Virus record (IMG/VR): IMGVR_UViG_3300038499_000016
Location: 44,694 to 108,693 of that record
Direction: 5' to 3' (one strand)
Source: a virus
Lineage: Duplodnaviria; Caudoviricetes
Length of the DNA: 64,000 nucleotides
In this document: positions 1 to 9,649 of the stretch, piece by piece
Numbering within the stretch: position 1 is the first letter of the stretch
How the letters are laid out: every line of letters begins with the position of its first letter
Made by a program: the position numbers and the translations under genes
Notes under the pieces: model-generated
Told to the model about the DNA's origin: nothing
Database searches by the model: none
Seen by the model: only the letters and a program-made list of their open reading frames with translations

Positions 1-391
1 TGGGAACAGACTTTTTTGCATGAAAACTCAGACATATGTATACATATGCTTGTTTCGACTCATTTTTAATTTCCATAAACATATTTCTAGATAAGTACTT
101 GGCAGAATCGATAATCCCCGTAGGATTCAATTCATACCATCCCTTTTCCTGCCAACACATTTCTTTACAGAATTTTATTCTACCTCCGGCATGCACAATT
201 GCTGAGGCCACGCTTGGATATGTTATGGAAGGAATTTCTACCTCAGGGAGGACTCTTACACGTAATGGAGGATAATTGCAGCAGAGAACCAAAGCATTGC
301 TACAACTATCTACGGTTACAACATGAGGTGCCCCTGTATATTCCGCAATATATCTTTCAAACTCCCGTACACTGCCATATGCATCCATCAT
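1..391 (-). CDS. DegT/DnrJ/EryC1/StrS-family PLP-dependent sugar aminotransferase (partial, runs off left edge)
   Basis: Not in the ORF track; translated by hand from ATG 391: MMDAYGSVREFERYIAEYTGAPHVVTVDSCSNAL...EIPSITYPSVASAIVHAGG...IIDSA...CLSFHAKK. Contains the VxxxSxxNAL, PxxTYxSV, DSA and SFHxxK (PLP lysine) motifs. ATGA overlap with the upstream stop. Confidence 0.85.
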   Translation of the reverse strand, partial: MMDAYGSVREFERYIAEYTGAPHVVTVDSCSNALVLCCNYPPLRVRVLPEVEIPSITYPSVASAIVHAGGRIKFCKEMCWQEKGWYELNPTGIIDSAKYLSRNMFMEIKNESKQAYVYICLSFHAKKSVP

Positions 392-687
392 AACACCCTT
401 GTTTTTATTTCATCCCAACCATATTTTTTTAGCTCAGCCCAATCGTGTTCTTCTATTTTTTCCCAATCATATTTCTTTTCTCTTATAATTGAAATGAGAG
501 TTTCGTTTAGTTCGTTCCATGAATCGTGCCTTATTTCATTGTTTTTTCTCGTCAAAAAATCTGCTTGTGTAATTCTTTTAAAATCTGGATTTTCTAAAGA
601 AAATTCATCCATTTTGAAATGCTCTTCCTTACACATTTCAAAACACGCCCTGATAAGCTCACACACTATTTCTGACACTCTTCTCAT
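388..687 (-). CDS. hypothetical small helical protein
   Basis: 99-aa ORF tightly packed in the minus-strand operon. Confidence 0.6.
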   Translation of the reverse strand: MRRVSEIVCELIRACFEMCKEEHFKMDEFSLENPDFKRITQADFLTRKNNEIRHDSWNELNETLISIIREKKYDWEKIEEHDWAELKKYGWDEIKTRVL

Positions 688-703
688 ATTATGTTACAGC
701 TCT

Positions 704-1009
704 TCATTTTAATGTTTCGAAAGTTCTTACGTCTTCTCTGAATTTATAGTCATTTTTCTCAACAATTATTTTTAGTTTAGCATCGAGAGCGTTACACAAA
801 GAGTGCCTTTCTTCATTTGCTAATCGAGCTTTTTCCATAATTTTACTAATTTTTTCTTCATCCGGATTGTCTTTAGACTGTTCTGCGTGTTTGTCCCAAT
901 CAAATTTAGTCAGCTTAATACAGGCAGAGATAAGTCGATCCAATAAATAAGCAAATGAATCATTATCCGCTATTAATTCAAGCATGTTGATATAATCTTT
1001 ATTATCCAT
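704..1009 (-). CDS. small helical protein (possibly DUF4254-like)
   Basis: SFAYLLDRLISACIK...LANEERHSLCNALD pattern resembles small helical proteins found in glycosylation loci; family call is weak. Confidence 0.55.
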   Translation of the reverse strand: MDNKDYINMLELIADNDSFAYLLDRLISACIKLTKFDWDKHAEQSKDNPDEEKISKIMEKARLANEERHSLCNALDAKLKIIVEKNDYKFREDVRTFETLK

Positions 1010-1607
1010 TCCAGCATACTCCTATATAAGTCCACACAGCTTTATAGTTACCAATAGTGATTATTTCATCGGTCTGAGAGAATATCACAGGTCTTTCAAA
1101 AAAGACACCTAAGAGATCTACAAAATCTTCATATGTATACTCATGCAAATGAACTTCAGCCCTACCCCTGGATAATTCTTCTTTAGGTAACTTTTTGGGT
1201 GTCGAAATAAATAACAATCCTTTAGGCTTAAGACATTTCTTAAGATTTTCTAAAGCTAGGATTCCCTCTTCTTTACTAACATGCTCTATCGTTTCATAAC
1301 AAACAATTACGTCATACTGTCCTTTGACAGTAAGAATATTACCTTGTTGAAAGTCCCTATTTTCACCCCCATAATTTTTAGTTGCGTAATCTACCGTATC
1401 ATGATTAATATCCACACCTGTAACACTTTTACAAAAATCACTTAACATTCTGGCACCATAGCCTGTGCCACAAGCTATGTCTAGCACACTATCGGTTGAT
1501 TTGAGAAACCCCTTAACGAATTTATATCTAACTAAATGATATATTATATGAGGAAGATGCCCAGCCCCATTAAGAATATCAATACCATGAGACGGCGCTG
1601 TTATCAT
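1002..1607 (-). CDS. class I SAM-dependent methyltransferase
   Basis: HLVRY, VLDIACGTGYG, GVDI and YETIEHV motifs. Likely start is ATG 1607 (AGGAGAAGG upstream) rather than 1787. Confidence 0.88.
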   Translation of the reverse strand: MITAPSHGIDILNGAGHLPHIIYHLVRYKFVKGFLKSTDSVLDIACGTGYGARMLSDFCKSVTGVDINHDTVDYATKNYGGENRDFQQGNILTVKGQYDVIVCYETIEHVSKEEGILALENLKKCLKPKGLLFISTPKKLPKEELSRGRAEVHLHEYTYEDFVDLLGVFFERPVIFSQTDEIITIGNYKAVWTYIGVCWNG

Positions 1608-1632
1608 ATTCCTTCTCCTAATTATTTCAAAC

Positions 1633-2316
1633 TCATAATTTAATCCATACAATAGAAGTTTGAGGAACTGCATTAATTTCAAGTTTTCTTTCATTAGCCC
1701 ATTTGATAATTTCTGAACATTCCTTAAACCCAGAATAATTCTGTCCACTGAAATGTCTAGCAGTAACTCTAGGATAGTTGGGATCAATCTGAGTCACGAC
1801 ATAAGAATCAGAAGTCACCGAGACATCATGAAATACAAGAACCGGATTATGTAACAAAGAAACCCACTCGTTTAAAAATTTAGCGGAAAAAGAATAGATG
1901 GCCGGATCATGTATATCATAAAAAATAAAATATCTTGAATCGTCCACAATCACTGTCTTAGGATCGATGAGTTTAAAATCACTGCAAATAGTTTTAATAT
2001 CCCCCATATTGATATCATACTGTAAAAGAAGTTCTTTTTGAATAACTGGCGTAGCATTATTCCAATGTTGATGAGAAATATCTATTGTTGTAAGTCTATT
2101 CACTTTTCTGTTCAAACTTTTTAAGCCATAGGCAAGGGATAAAGTAGAAGCACCAAAATTAGTCCCTATATCGATGACAAAATCTGGATCTGTTTCCACA
2201 CACAAATCGTACAGAAACTTACACGAAACATGATTTTGATTAGGATATCTTGGTTGATTGTATGTTTTATTGAAATGTTCCGTAAAATTCTGGATCAGGG
2301 CCTCAAAAAAATCCAT
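1633..2316 (-). CDS. class I SAM-dependent methyltransferase (Methyltransf_24-like)
   Basis: VIDIGTNFGAST motif I, TIDI, FYDIHD, LVFHD. Confidence 0.78.
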   Translation of the reverse strand: MDFFEALIQNFTEHFNKTYNQPRYPNQNHVSCKFLYDLCVETDPDFVIDIGTNFGASTLSLAYGLKSLNRKVNRLTTIDISHQHWNNATPVIQKELLLQYDINMGDIKTICSDFKLIDPKTVIVDDSRYFIFYDIHDPAIYSFSAKFLNEWVSLLHNPVLVFHDVSVTSDSYVVTQIDPNYPRVTARHFSGQNYSGFKECSEIIKWANERKLEINAVPQTSIVWIKL

Positions 2317-2331
2317 GGCATCTCCTATACA

Positions 2332-2961
2332 TTAGATTTTTATAAGCATCAGGATTCGCGGATCATCAACTCCAAATATTCTTGTCAAAGTCTTCTTATA
2401 GTTTGGACTACCTACAAACGCCATCTCTACCATCTCCTCAGGAGACCATTGAGTATACGTCCCATCTTCTTCTAAGACCAATTTTCGAGCATCAGAAGAA
2501 TACTCAGAACAAAATCGATCAAATTTTCTATCCTGAATTAGATTCATAAGATCTCTGAATGGAAGCGGAAACCCATCTCTATGCACATAGTGCGCAGCAA
2601 AATAGGGATCCATAAAGAACTCAATACCGTCATACTCAACTATAATTCCAATGTGCGTCAACCCGTAAAACGAAACACCGTAATTGTACGGCCTCGTCCT
2701 AATTCCATACCAATACATAAGTAAGTCAAAAAAAGTTGCATTAAGACCGCACCAACCTCCCGCCTTATATTGCTTAAAATCCCAATAAAGATTAAGAACA
2801 TTGTTGGTATGAAAATTCATACGAAGATCAGTTGGTTCCTTAAACCAGGGCACTGTCGAAAAAACAAAATCCCGTACTTTCAAGATATCCTGAAACGTTC
2901 GTATTTCAGGAACATCCTGCAGCTCAGGAATCAACTTAGGCAGGTCATTAACAAGCGGCAT
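2332..2961 (-). CDS. papain-fold (arylamine N-acetyltransferase/transglutaminase-like) protein
   Basis: GGWCGLNA, THIGIIV and FFMDPYF give a Cys-His-Asp triad spaced as in NAT-like enzymes. Confidence 0.6.
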   Translation of the reverse strand: MPLVNDLPKLIPELQDVPEIRTFQDILKVRDFVFSTVPWFKEPTDLRMNFHTNNVLNLYWDFKQYKAGGWCGLNATFFDLLMYWYGIRTRPYNYGVSFYGLTHIGIIVEYDGIEFFMDPYFAAHYVHRDGFPLPFRDLMNLIQDRKFDRFCSEYSSDARKLVLEEDGTYTQWSPEEMVEMAFVGSPNYKKTLTRIFGVDDPRILMLIKI

Positions 2962-3005
2962 CTTTCCTCACCTGTTGTTCGATCCAGTTGTAGAGCGACT
3001 CACGA

Positions 3006-4016
3006 TCAATTCGTCCAAGCATAGTCCTCTTTGCCCTCCCGAACCTGCTGCTCTATCCAAGCATAGGCCTTCACAAGACCCTTCCTCAAAGGATAGTCCG
3101 GAGCCCACCCAAGTTTCTCCTTGATAAGCCTGTTGTCGGACGTCCTCCCCCGCACACCCAAAGGTCCAGAAACATGCTTAATGCGTATGCCTGGCTTCCC
3201 AGCGATATCCTTAACCATTTCTACCAATTGATTGATGGACACCATCTCATCAGACCCTATATTAAGAGGCCCCATGAAATCAGAATCCATAAACTTTCTA
3301 ATACCATCGAGACACTCGCTGATATACAAAAATGAACGGGTCTGATTACCATCCCCCCAAACCTCTATCTCCCCACCATCAGAAGCCTGAGCTACCTTCC
3401 GACACATGGCCGCAGGAGACTTCTCACGACCATTACCCCAGGCACCCTCTGTTCCAAAAACATTATGAAAACGAGCAATCCTGATATCTAATCCACGATT
3501 CCGATGGCAGGCCTGATAGACGCGCTCACTCATGATCTTCTCAAAACCATAGTCACTGTCTGGGTATGCCGGATACGCCGAATCTTCCGCTGTCGTAGGA
3601 TTATCAACAGATTCCTGCTTCAACTGATTGTATACGCAGGCTGAGCTACTAAAAAACAACTTCCCCACCTTAGTCCTACAAGCCATTTCTGAGGCATTGA
3701 TATTCAACAGCAGGGAATCATGAACAATCTTTGAATCATTGTCCCCCACAAAGATCACGCCCGCGCCTCCCATCCAGGCACTGAGCTGATAAACCTCATC
3801 AAAAGGCTTACCACTCAATCCACGAAACACAGACCTACAAACATCAAAATCCCTGAGATCCCCTATCACATAATCATCTACCTCATTCTTAAAAGTATCA
3901 CTGTAGGGAAACTCCTTAATATCCACCGTCCTTACCCAAAATCCCATACACTTAAGATCCCGGGCAAGATGATGCCCTATAAAACCATGCCCACCAAGTA
4001 CCAATGCCGTTTTCAT
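3006..4016 (-). CDS. NAD-dependent epimerase, GDP-mannose 3,5-epimerase-like
   Basis: GGHGFIG Rossmann motif, AWMGGAG, SSACVY, YGFEK (YxxxK), ARFHNVFG, REKSPAAMCRK, WGDGNQTRSF, GPLGVRGR. Likely start is ATG 4016. Confidence 0.9.
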   Translation of the reverse strand: MKTALVLGGHGFIGHHLARDLKCMGFWVRTVDIKEFPYSDTFKNEVDDYVIGDLRDFDVCRSVFRGLSGKPFDEVYQLSAWMGGAGVIFVGDNDSKIVHDSLLLNINASEMACRTKVGKLFFSSSACVYNQLKQESVDNPTTAEDSAYPAYPDSDYGFEKIMSERVYQACHRNRGLDIRIARFHNVFGTEGAWGNGREKSPAAMCRKVAQASDGGEIEVWGDGNQTRSFLYISECLDGIRKFMDSDFMGPLNIGSDEMVSINQLVEMVKDIAGKPGIRIKHVSGPLGVRGRTSDNRLIKEKLGWAPDYPLRKGLVKAYAWIEQQVREGKEDYAWTN

Positions 4017-4029
4017 AACAAACGCTCCT

Positions 4030-4839
4030 TTACTCCAACCATATGATTCCATTCCGATTTATTTCCTGAACCCCTCCCAAACCCCAATCCGACCCATTCT
4101 TGGTATACCCACTCGTTTTGAAATTCCAACGAATATCCCCGCAGTCAGTCCGCTTAAACCCATTTGACCATGACGAAGCATGCCGCCAATGAGTAAAACA
4201 CCCCAAATTCACAACAGGCATCCTCAACAAATCCGCCATGATGTACACCATAAACGCATCCTTATGAAGCTTCTGATCTGGAAATGCCTCACAATATCCA
4301 GTAGTCTCAAACCACGTACCCCTGTCAGCGAGCAGGAAATCACCGGAAGCATTCATGTATCCCTTATTCTCTTCTATCTTGTATTTAGCATCCAAAGGGA
4401 ACGCCACACGCAAATAATCCGACTTAATATCTATTCGATTGGCACGATACACCGTCCGCTTAGAAAGCTCTCCCTTCAGCTTACTTACCAGTTCCGGATC
4501 AAAAATCACATCCGAATTAGTGCAAAGTACGAACTCTCCTAAACACCTGCGAATAGCCGCATTCTTGGCTGCCCACTCCCCAAACATCTCCGGCGTTGAA
4601 CAATACTTGCATTGAAACTTAGGATGAATAACATAGTACTTCACCCTACCACCAAAAATGTTTCTCAAAAAATCACAAGTCAGGGGCTTATCCAGAATAG
4701 GGTTCCACTCTACGAAAATGAGCTCCGAATAAGGCATACTCTCAATATGCCGAGCCAGGCTTATCGCTAACCGCTCATTGAAATCACCATCATAGTTGTC
4801 ATTCCGACCAGTAGTTATGATGGATAGACTGAATCCCAT
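4030..4839 (-). CDS. GT-A (GT2-like) glycosyltransferase
   Basis: LSIITTGRNDNY, ELIFVEWN, AKNAAIRR, TNSDV, ASGDFLL. Confidence 0.75.
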   Translation of the reverse strand: MGFSLSIITTGRNDNYDGDFNERLAISLARHIESMPYSELIFVEWNPILDKPLTCDFLRNIFGGRVKYYVIHPKFQCKYCSTPEMFGEWAAKNAAIRRCLGEFVLCTNSDVIFDPELVSKLKGELSKRTVYRANRIDIKSDYLRVAFPLDAKYKIEENKGYMNASGDFLLADRGTWFETTGYCEAFPDQKLHKDAFMVYIMADLLRMPVVNLGCFTHWRHASSWSNGFKRTDCGDIRWNFKTSGYTKNGSDWGLGGVQEINRNGIIWLE

Positions 4840-4889
4840 GAATTTTTCCAGTGTTGCTGCTGTTGCCGAAAATACATAAAGAAAAAGAG

Positions 4890-4905
4890 TATCAGTAGAT
4901 TATTA
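4890..4905 (-). promoter_or_regulatory. copy of repeated phage promoter-like motif (TAATAATCTACTGATA)
   Basis: Faces the minus-strand operon starting at 4839; matches copies at 4920, 17768, 35228, 40489, 40835 and 60666. Confidence 0.6.
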
Positions 4906-4919
4906 GGTATGGGACGGCC

Positions 4920-4935
4920 TAATAATCTCTTGATA
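4920..4935 (+). promoter_or_regulatory. copy of repeated phage promoter-like motif (TAATAATCTCTTGATA)
   Basis: Only plus-strand copy; lies directly upstream of the only plus-strand operon. Confidence 0.65.
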
Positions 4936-4974
4936 CTTCCTATAAGGAATACGCAAACACCAAAAAGCAGAAGC

Positions 4975-6261
4975 ATGACAATGCACAAAGATCTACTAAA
5001 TCCCACTTACGTAGCCTGGAAAGCCTTCCTGAAGGATACTGATACCTGGTCCTTAGAACAGATCCAAACCTATCAACTCTCAGAACTCCAAAGAATCATT
5101 GCCCACGCCTATACCCACACTACAGGATACCGAAACCTCTACAACACCCCTCCAGATATCAAATCCCTAGAAGACCTCCAATCCTTACCCACCATAGATA
5201 AAGAAACCCTCAGAGACAATCTTGAAGCATTCTCAATCGATATGCCCAATAGGTCCTACGTCACCACCGGTGGCAGTACAGGCATTCCTCTAGGCCTATA
5301 CCGAGACTCAGAAGCCTTTCCCAAAGAACTAGCATCAAAAGCCCACCAATATCACCGCATAGGATGGAAGGAAGAAGATCCTCAACTAGTCTTCCGCGGA
5401 CTACCAATAGATACACCAGACCACACGACCTTTGTCCCAGAGTTCAATGAGCTACGATGCTCATCTTACCACCTCACCCCGGAATGGATGGAAGTCTTCA
5501 GGAAAAAAGCCTGGGAATACAAACCCAAATGGATCCGATGCTACCCATCCAGTGGTTATCTCTTCGCCCGATGGCTTGAAGATTCCGACAGACCCTTCCC
5601 CAAAATAGAAGGCATCCTATGTGCCTCTGAGAACCTCTACGACTTCCAAAGGGACCTTCTAAGACGGGTATTCAATGCCAGGGTGTTCTCGCACTACGGA
5701 CACTATGAACTGGCCGTACTGGCAGGCTTCTGCGAGCATACAGACTTCTATCACGTTCTCCCACAGTATGGCTACGCGGAACTCCTATATCCCGACGGAA
5801 AACCGGTCACAGAACCCGGACAAATGGGTGAAATCGTAGGCACGTCCTTTATCACGTATGCCACACCCATCATCCGATATCATACCCGGGATTACGCCAT
5901 ATTGAAAGACTGGTCCTGTCCGGACTGCGGTAGACCTTATCAGATATGGAAAAGGGTAGAAGGAAGACTTCAGGAGTTTATAATAACGGGTACCGGCCGA
6001 TACATCTCAATGACCGCAATAAACTTTCACGATGATATCTTCGATCAAGTCTTCCAGTTCCAGTTTCATCAGAATGCCCAAGGTATCGTAACCTTCCGAT
6101 ACATCCCCAGGGAAGGATTCAACGAAGCAGATATACGACAAAGATTAATGGTCAAACTCGGATCAGATACCCAACTTTTCTTCCAACCGGTAACGGAAAT
6201 ACCTCCTACCAGTCGTGGAAAACACAGATTCCTCATTCAGGAGTTATCCATTGGCCTATAA
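4975..6261 (+). CDS. phenylacetate-CoA ligase/CapK-like adenylate-forming enzyme
   Basis: LPTIDKE, TTGGSTGIP, YPSS, SHYGHYE, GEIVGT, PIIRYHTRD, VEGR, SRGKHR. Start is probably ATG 4975 or 4981 because the promoter-like motif lies inside the longer ORF. Confidence 0.85.
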   Translation: MTMHKDLLNPTYVAWKAFLKDTDTWSLEQIQTYQLSELQRIIAHAYTHTTGYRNLYNTPPDIKSLEDLQSLPTIDKETLRDNLEAFSIDMPNRSYVTTGGSTGIPLGLYRDSEAFPKELASKAHQYHRIGWKEEDPQLVFRGLPIDTPDHTTFVPEFNELRCSSYHLTPEWMEVFRKKAWEYKPKWIRCYPSSGYLFARWLEDSDRPFPKIEGILCASENLYDFQRDLLRRVFNARVFSHYGHYELAVLAGFCEHTDFYHVLPQYGYAELLYPDGKPVTEPGQMGEIVGTSFITYATPIIRYHTRDYAILKDWSCPDCGRPYQIWKRVEGRLQEFIITGTGRYISMTAINFHDDIFDQVFQFQFHQNAQGIVTFRYIPREGFNEADIRQRLMVKLGSDTQLFFQPVTEIPPTSRGKHRFLIQELSIGL

Positions 6262-7660
6262 AGTTGCCGTCTGTTCCAAAATCCAGGACTACCCGACAGG
6301 TCTCTTTGACCCTGCCGAGACCTATCCAGAGTACCCCTTCATGTCCCTATCCATGAGTAATGAGGTCTACAAAGCCGTACGAGACCTTTTCCATCTCCTA
6401 AATCTAGACGATGAGAACTGGAACACACCTAAATGGAATCCTCTTGGATATCTAATCAAGCCTGGAATGACCGTTGTCATAAAGCCCAATTTCGTTCTCA
6501 GTCAGCATAATAATGGCGGTAATCTATTCTCAATAATCACCCACCCATCAGTCATCAGAGCGATAACAGACTACTGCTACATAGCCATGAAGGGGGCAGG
6601 CCGGGTGATTGTAGCGGATGCCCCACAATACGACTGTCATTGGGAACAACTTATATGGGCCACCGATCTTAAAACCGTTCAAAAATTCTACAACAGTAAG
6701 ACATTCACCTTCGAGATTCAGGATCTACGTTCCTATTGGTCGAGAAAGAAACATTTCGAGTCCATGCTCGAGCCCTTGCCAGGAGACCCTCTAGGCTCCT
6801 TACCAATAAACATAAAAACCAACAGCATGATCTGGATCAACGAAGATCTCTACGGAGCCTGCTACAACCGCAAAGAGCTCCTACGCTACCATCACGACAA
6901 CACCCATAAATACGTCGTATCAAAAACCATTATGAATGCCGACGTAGTGATTTCAGTACCAAAACTGAAAGTACACAAAAAGGTCGGCGTAACTCTGAAC
7001 ATCAAAGGACTAGTAGGCACCGTCACAAACAAAAACTGTCTTGCTCACTACACCCTGAAATCCGCCCTAAGAATGGGTGATCAATATCCGGACGGATTAT
7101 TAACCTGCACAGAACGCTTCCTCATAGGTCTAGAACGATGGATGTACGACCACCTATTGTGCAGAGGCTTCTTCCTGGAACACCTGCACCACAGTATCTA
7201 TTGGCTGCACAATCACACCACAAAACTACTCGGTCTGAAAGTAGATCCCCTGAAAAGACTTCTGGATGCCGGCAACTGGTATGGGAATGACACGGCCTGG
7301 AGAATGGCTGATGACCTCTACAAGATTTTCATGTTTGTAGACCGTCATGGACAGCTACAAGAAAAACCACAAAGAAAAGTTTTCACCATCATCGACGGCG
7401 TGATAGGAGGGGAAAATAACGGTCCCCTTACCCCCACACCGGTGAAAGCAGGAGTCCTCATAGCCAGCGACAACTTACTTACCGCGGACCTGGTAGCCAC
7501 ACAGCTCATGGGTTTTGACCCTATGAGACTTCGTATGTACTCAAATCTCATGACCGGAGAATACGGTCCCCATACGCTTGAAGACATTCAGGTTTTGTCC
7601 AATGAACCGATCGTCTGTCCAACATTCAAACCACATCCCGGATGGATAGGGCACATATGA
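6251..7660 (+). CDS. DUF362 domain protein
   Basis: VVIKPNFV, ITHPSVI, VADAP, ISVPKLKVHKKVGVTLNIKGLVG, IIDGVIGGENNGP, MGFDP. TTG start at 6251 with AGGAG upstream (the ORF track starts at 6215). Confidence 0.82.
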   Translation: MAYKVAVCSKIQDYPTGLFDPAETYPEYPFMSLSMSNEVYKAVRDLFHLLNLDDENWNTPKWNPLGYLIKPGMTVVIKPNFVLSQHNNGGNLFSIITHPSVIRAITDYCYIAMKGAGRVIVADAPQYDCHWEQLIWATDLKTVQKFYNSKTFTFEIQDLRSYWSRKKHFESMLEPLPGDPLGSLPINIKTNSMIWINEDLYGACYNRKELLRYHHDNTHKYVVSKTIMNADVVISVPKLKVHKKVGVTLNIKGLVGTVTNKNCLAHYTLKSALRMGDQYPDGLLTCTERFLIGLERWMYDHLLCRGFFLEHLHHSIYWLHNHTTKLLGLKVDPLKRLLDAGNWYGNDTAWRMADDLYKIFMFVDRHGQLQEKPQRKVFTIIDGVIGGENNGPLTPTPVKAGVLIASDNLLTADLVATQLMGFDPMRLRMYSNLMTGEYGPHTLEDIQVLSNEPIVCPTFKPHPGWIGHI

Positions 7661-8970
7661 CATCAATATCTGTTATAGGACTTGGTAAGTTAGGACTCTG
7701 CCTGGCAGTTTGTTATGCGGAACGGGGATTCAAGGTCATTGGAGTAGACATCAATGATGAAGTCATAGACAAGGTGAATGCCGGCAAAGCCCCTTGGTTC
7801 GAACCTCGTCTTGCTGAGCTCTTGGCAAAACACGGTGGAACCAACCTTCAAGCCACTAATCAGCACTATAGAGCCATCAACGAGACAGACATCACCATCA
7901 TTCTGACGGCTACTCCAAGTAATCCTGATGGCAGCTTCTCAAATTGTTACATAGAGGATGCTCTGAAAGCTTTAGCCGAGTCTTTCAAGGACAAAAAGGC
8001 ATACCACCTGTTCGTGATATCCTCCACGGTTATGCCAGGATCTATTGGAGGATTCATCGATATCCTAGAAAAACATTCTGGTAAAGCCTATAACGAGCAA
8101 TTCGGGGTAGCATATGACCCTGATTTCGTGGCACTGGGTAATGTCATCAAGGGCTTTCTGGAACCCGACCTGGTAGTCATTGGTCAGTCCCGTCCTGAAG
8201 TAGGAGACAGGATAGAGGCCCTGCACCACGAGCTCTGCATCAACAAGCCGGCCATCAACAGGATGTCTCTTATCTCTGCGGAGATGGCCAAGGTCTGCCT
8301 GAATGCTTACATAACCATGAAGATTTCTTTCGCAAACACCATTGGGAATCTTTGTGAGAAGATACCCAATACGGATCCCGATGCCATCACAAGAGCTATA
8401 GGAGCGGACAGACGTATTTCTCCGTACTACCTGCAGAGTGGATTAAGTTTTGGTGGTACGTGTTTTGGAAGAGATGTTAAAGCTTTTACGGCATTGACTC
8501 AGAAATACGATGTTGATACCGGGGCCGTACTGATGAAGACGGTGAACGCCATCAATCGTTATCAGGACAAACGCCTGGCGGAAATTGTAGAAGGTCTAGC
8601 AGGAAAGAAGTCGACTGTAGGGATATTGGGTCTTTCATTCACGGACAACACCCCGGTCATTGTTGAGTCCCCGGCCGTTAAACTTATCAAAATCCTTCTC
8701 GATAGCGAGATCTCGGTTACGGTTTACGACCCTCTAGCTATGGACAATACCCGGGCCCTGTTTGAGAACTCGGTCATATATGCCCGGTCCATGCAGGAGT
8801 GTCTGTCCGCGGATGTATGTGTTGTCACTCTGAGGTCTCAAAAATACAAAGAGGCCGTAGAGACTTTTATTCCCAAGAAGTCATTGACCGTGGTGGATTG
8901 CTGGAGGATTCTGAATCCTGCTGTGCTGCGGGACAATAAAATCAGGCTGATTCGACTGTGGGCCTCTTGA
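7657..8970 (+). CDS. UDP-glucose/GDP-mannose dehydrogenase family protein
   Basis: GLGKLG, ATPS, SSTVMPG, PDF, SAEMAK, FGGTCFGRD, LGLSF, ESPA, YDP. Confidence 0.9.
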   Translation: MTSISVIGLGKLGLCLAVCYAERGFKVIGVDINDEVIDKVNAGKAPWFEPRLAELLAKHGGTNLQATNQHYRAINETDITIILTATPSNPDGSFSNCYIEDALKALAESFKDKKAYHLFVISSTVMPGSIGGFIDILEKHSGKAYNEQFGVAYDPDFVALGNVIKGFLEPDLVVIGQSRPEVGDRIEALHHELCINKPAINRMSLISAEMAKVCLNAYITMKISFANTIGNLCEKIPNTDPDAITRAIGADRRISPYYLQSGLSFGGTCFGRDVKAFTALTQKYDVDTGAVLMKTVNAINRYQDKRLAEIVEGLAGKKSTVGILGLSFTDNTPVIVESPAVKLIKILLDSEISVTVYDPLAMDNTRALFENSVIYARSMQECLSADVCVVTLRSQKYKEAVETFIPKKSLTVVDCWRILNPAVLRDNKIRLIRLWAS

Positions 8971-9280
8971 GGATCGCGTATCTGCTAAGCCCAGGCTGTC
9001 GGATTTCTCGGAATGCGTCCAGAAAATCCGACAGGTCTTTTAAGCATTTGAATGTAATCATTTGATGGACATCGGAAAACTTTAAAGAAACAGAATATTT
9101 TGGCTCGAGCTCAGTGACGAGACTTTTAATAATGTGATCAAGATCAATCTTAAGGAATTTCCTAAGAATATATTCTTGATCTTCTGCGCGCAATCCCTCT
9201 AAGACATCACAATACTTGTTCACTTTTCTTTCTTCCGAGCAAACTGTTCCAGAACTTTTTTGATTTTCTTGATGTTCCAA
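8942..9280 (-). CDS. hypothetical protein
   Basis: ORF converging on the plus-strand cassette; real start may be GTG near 9223. Confidence 0.5.
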   Translation of the reverse strand: MEHQENQKSSGTVCSEERKVNKYCDVLEGLRAEDQEYILRKFLKIDLDHIIKSLVTELEPKYSVSLKFSDVHQMITFKCLKDLSDFLDAFREIRQPGLSRYAILKRPTVESA

Positions 9281-9408
9281 AAACGAGGGGACCGCTTAAA
9301 ATCACAGGCGCACCACTTACCTTCTACCGTTAGCTTACACGCAGTGCATTTTGTAGCCTTGCAGAACTCTACCAACAATTCAAAATCACTTTTTTTCTTG
9401 TTCACCAC
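9220..9408 (-). CDS. small Cys-rich protein
   Basis: FC-x-CxxC-x-CxF-xxx-PxxW pattern shared with 22604-22792. Confidence 0.55.
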   Translation of the reverse strand: MVNKKKSDFELLVEFCKATKCTACKLTVEGKWCACDFKRSPRFWNIKKIKKVLEQFARKKEK

Positions 9409-9649
9409 TTTTTATATTCCATCGAATTAAGTTATCGATTTCTTGTTTCAGGTCAGACCGACGGTAATCCTCTTTAACAGGATCACCTAAAAAAATGTAA
9501 ACATCACATAGAGTTGTCACAAGATTTCTGTTACGTTCCTCTGATTCCAGATACATTTTAATATATCGCTGTCTGTCAACATACCATAAAACACAATAAA
9601 GACTCCCAAGTACTAATCCTGCCAATGTCCATAATACTACATCAGACAT
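9386..9649 (-). CDS. small membrane-anchored protein
   Basis: N-terminal hydrophobic helix VVLWTLAGLVLGSLYCVLWY. Confidence 0.6.
   Translation of the reverse strand: MSDVVLWTLAGLVLGSLYCVLWYVDRQRYIKMYLESEERNRNLVTTLCDVYIFLGDPVKEDYRRSDLKQEIDNLIRWNIKSGEQEKK

Noticed and set aside
4815-5006. 63-aa hydrophobic ORF
   Set aside because: It spans the divergent promoter region and overlaps both flanking genes.
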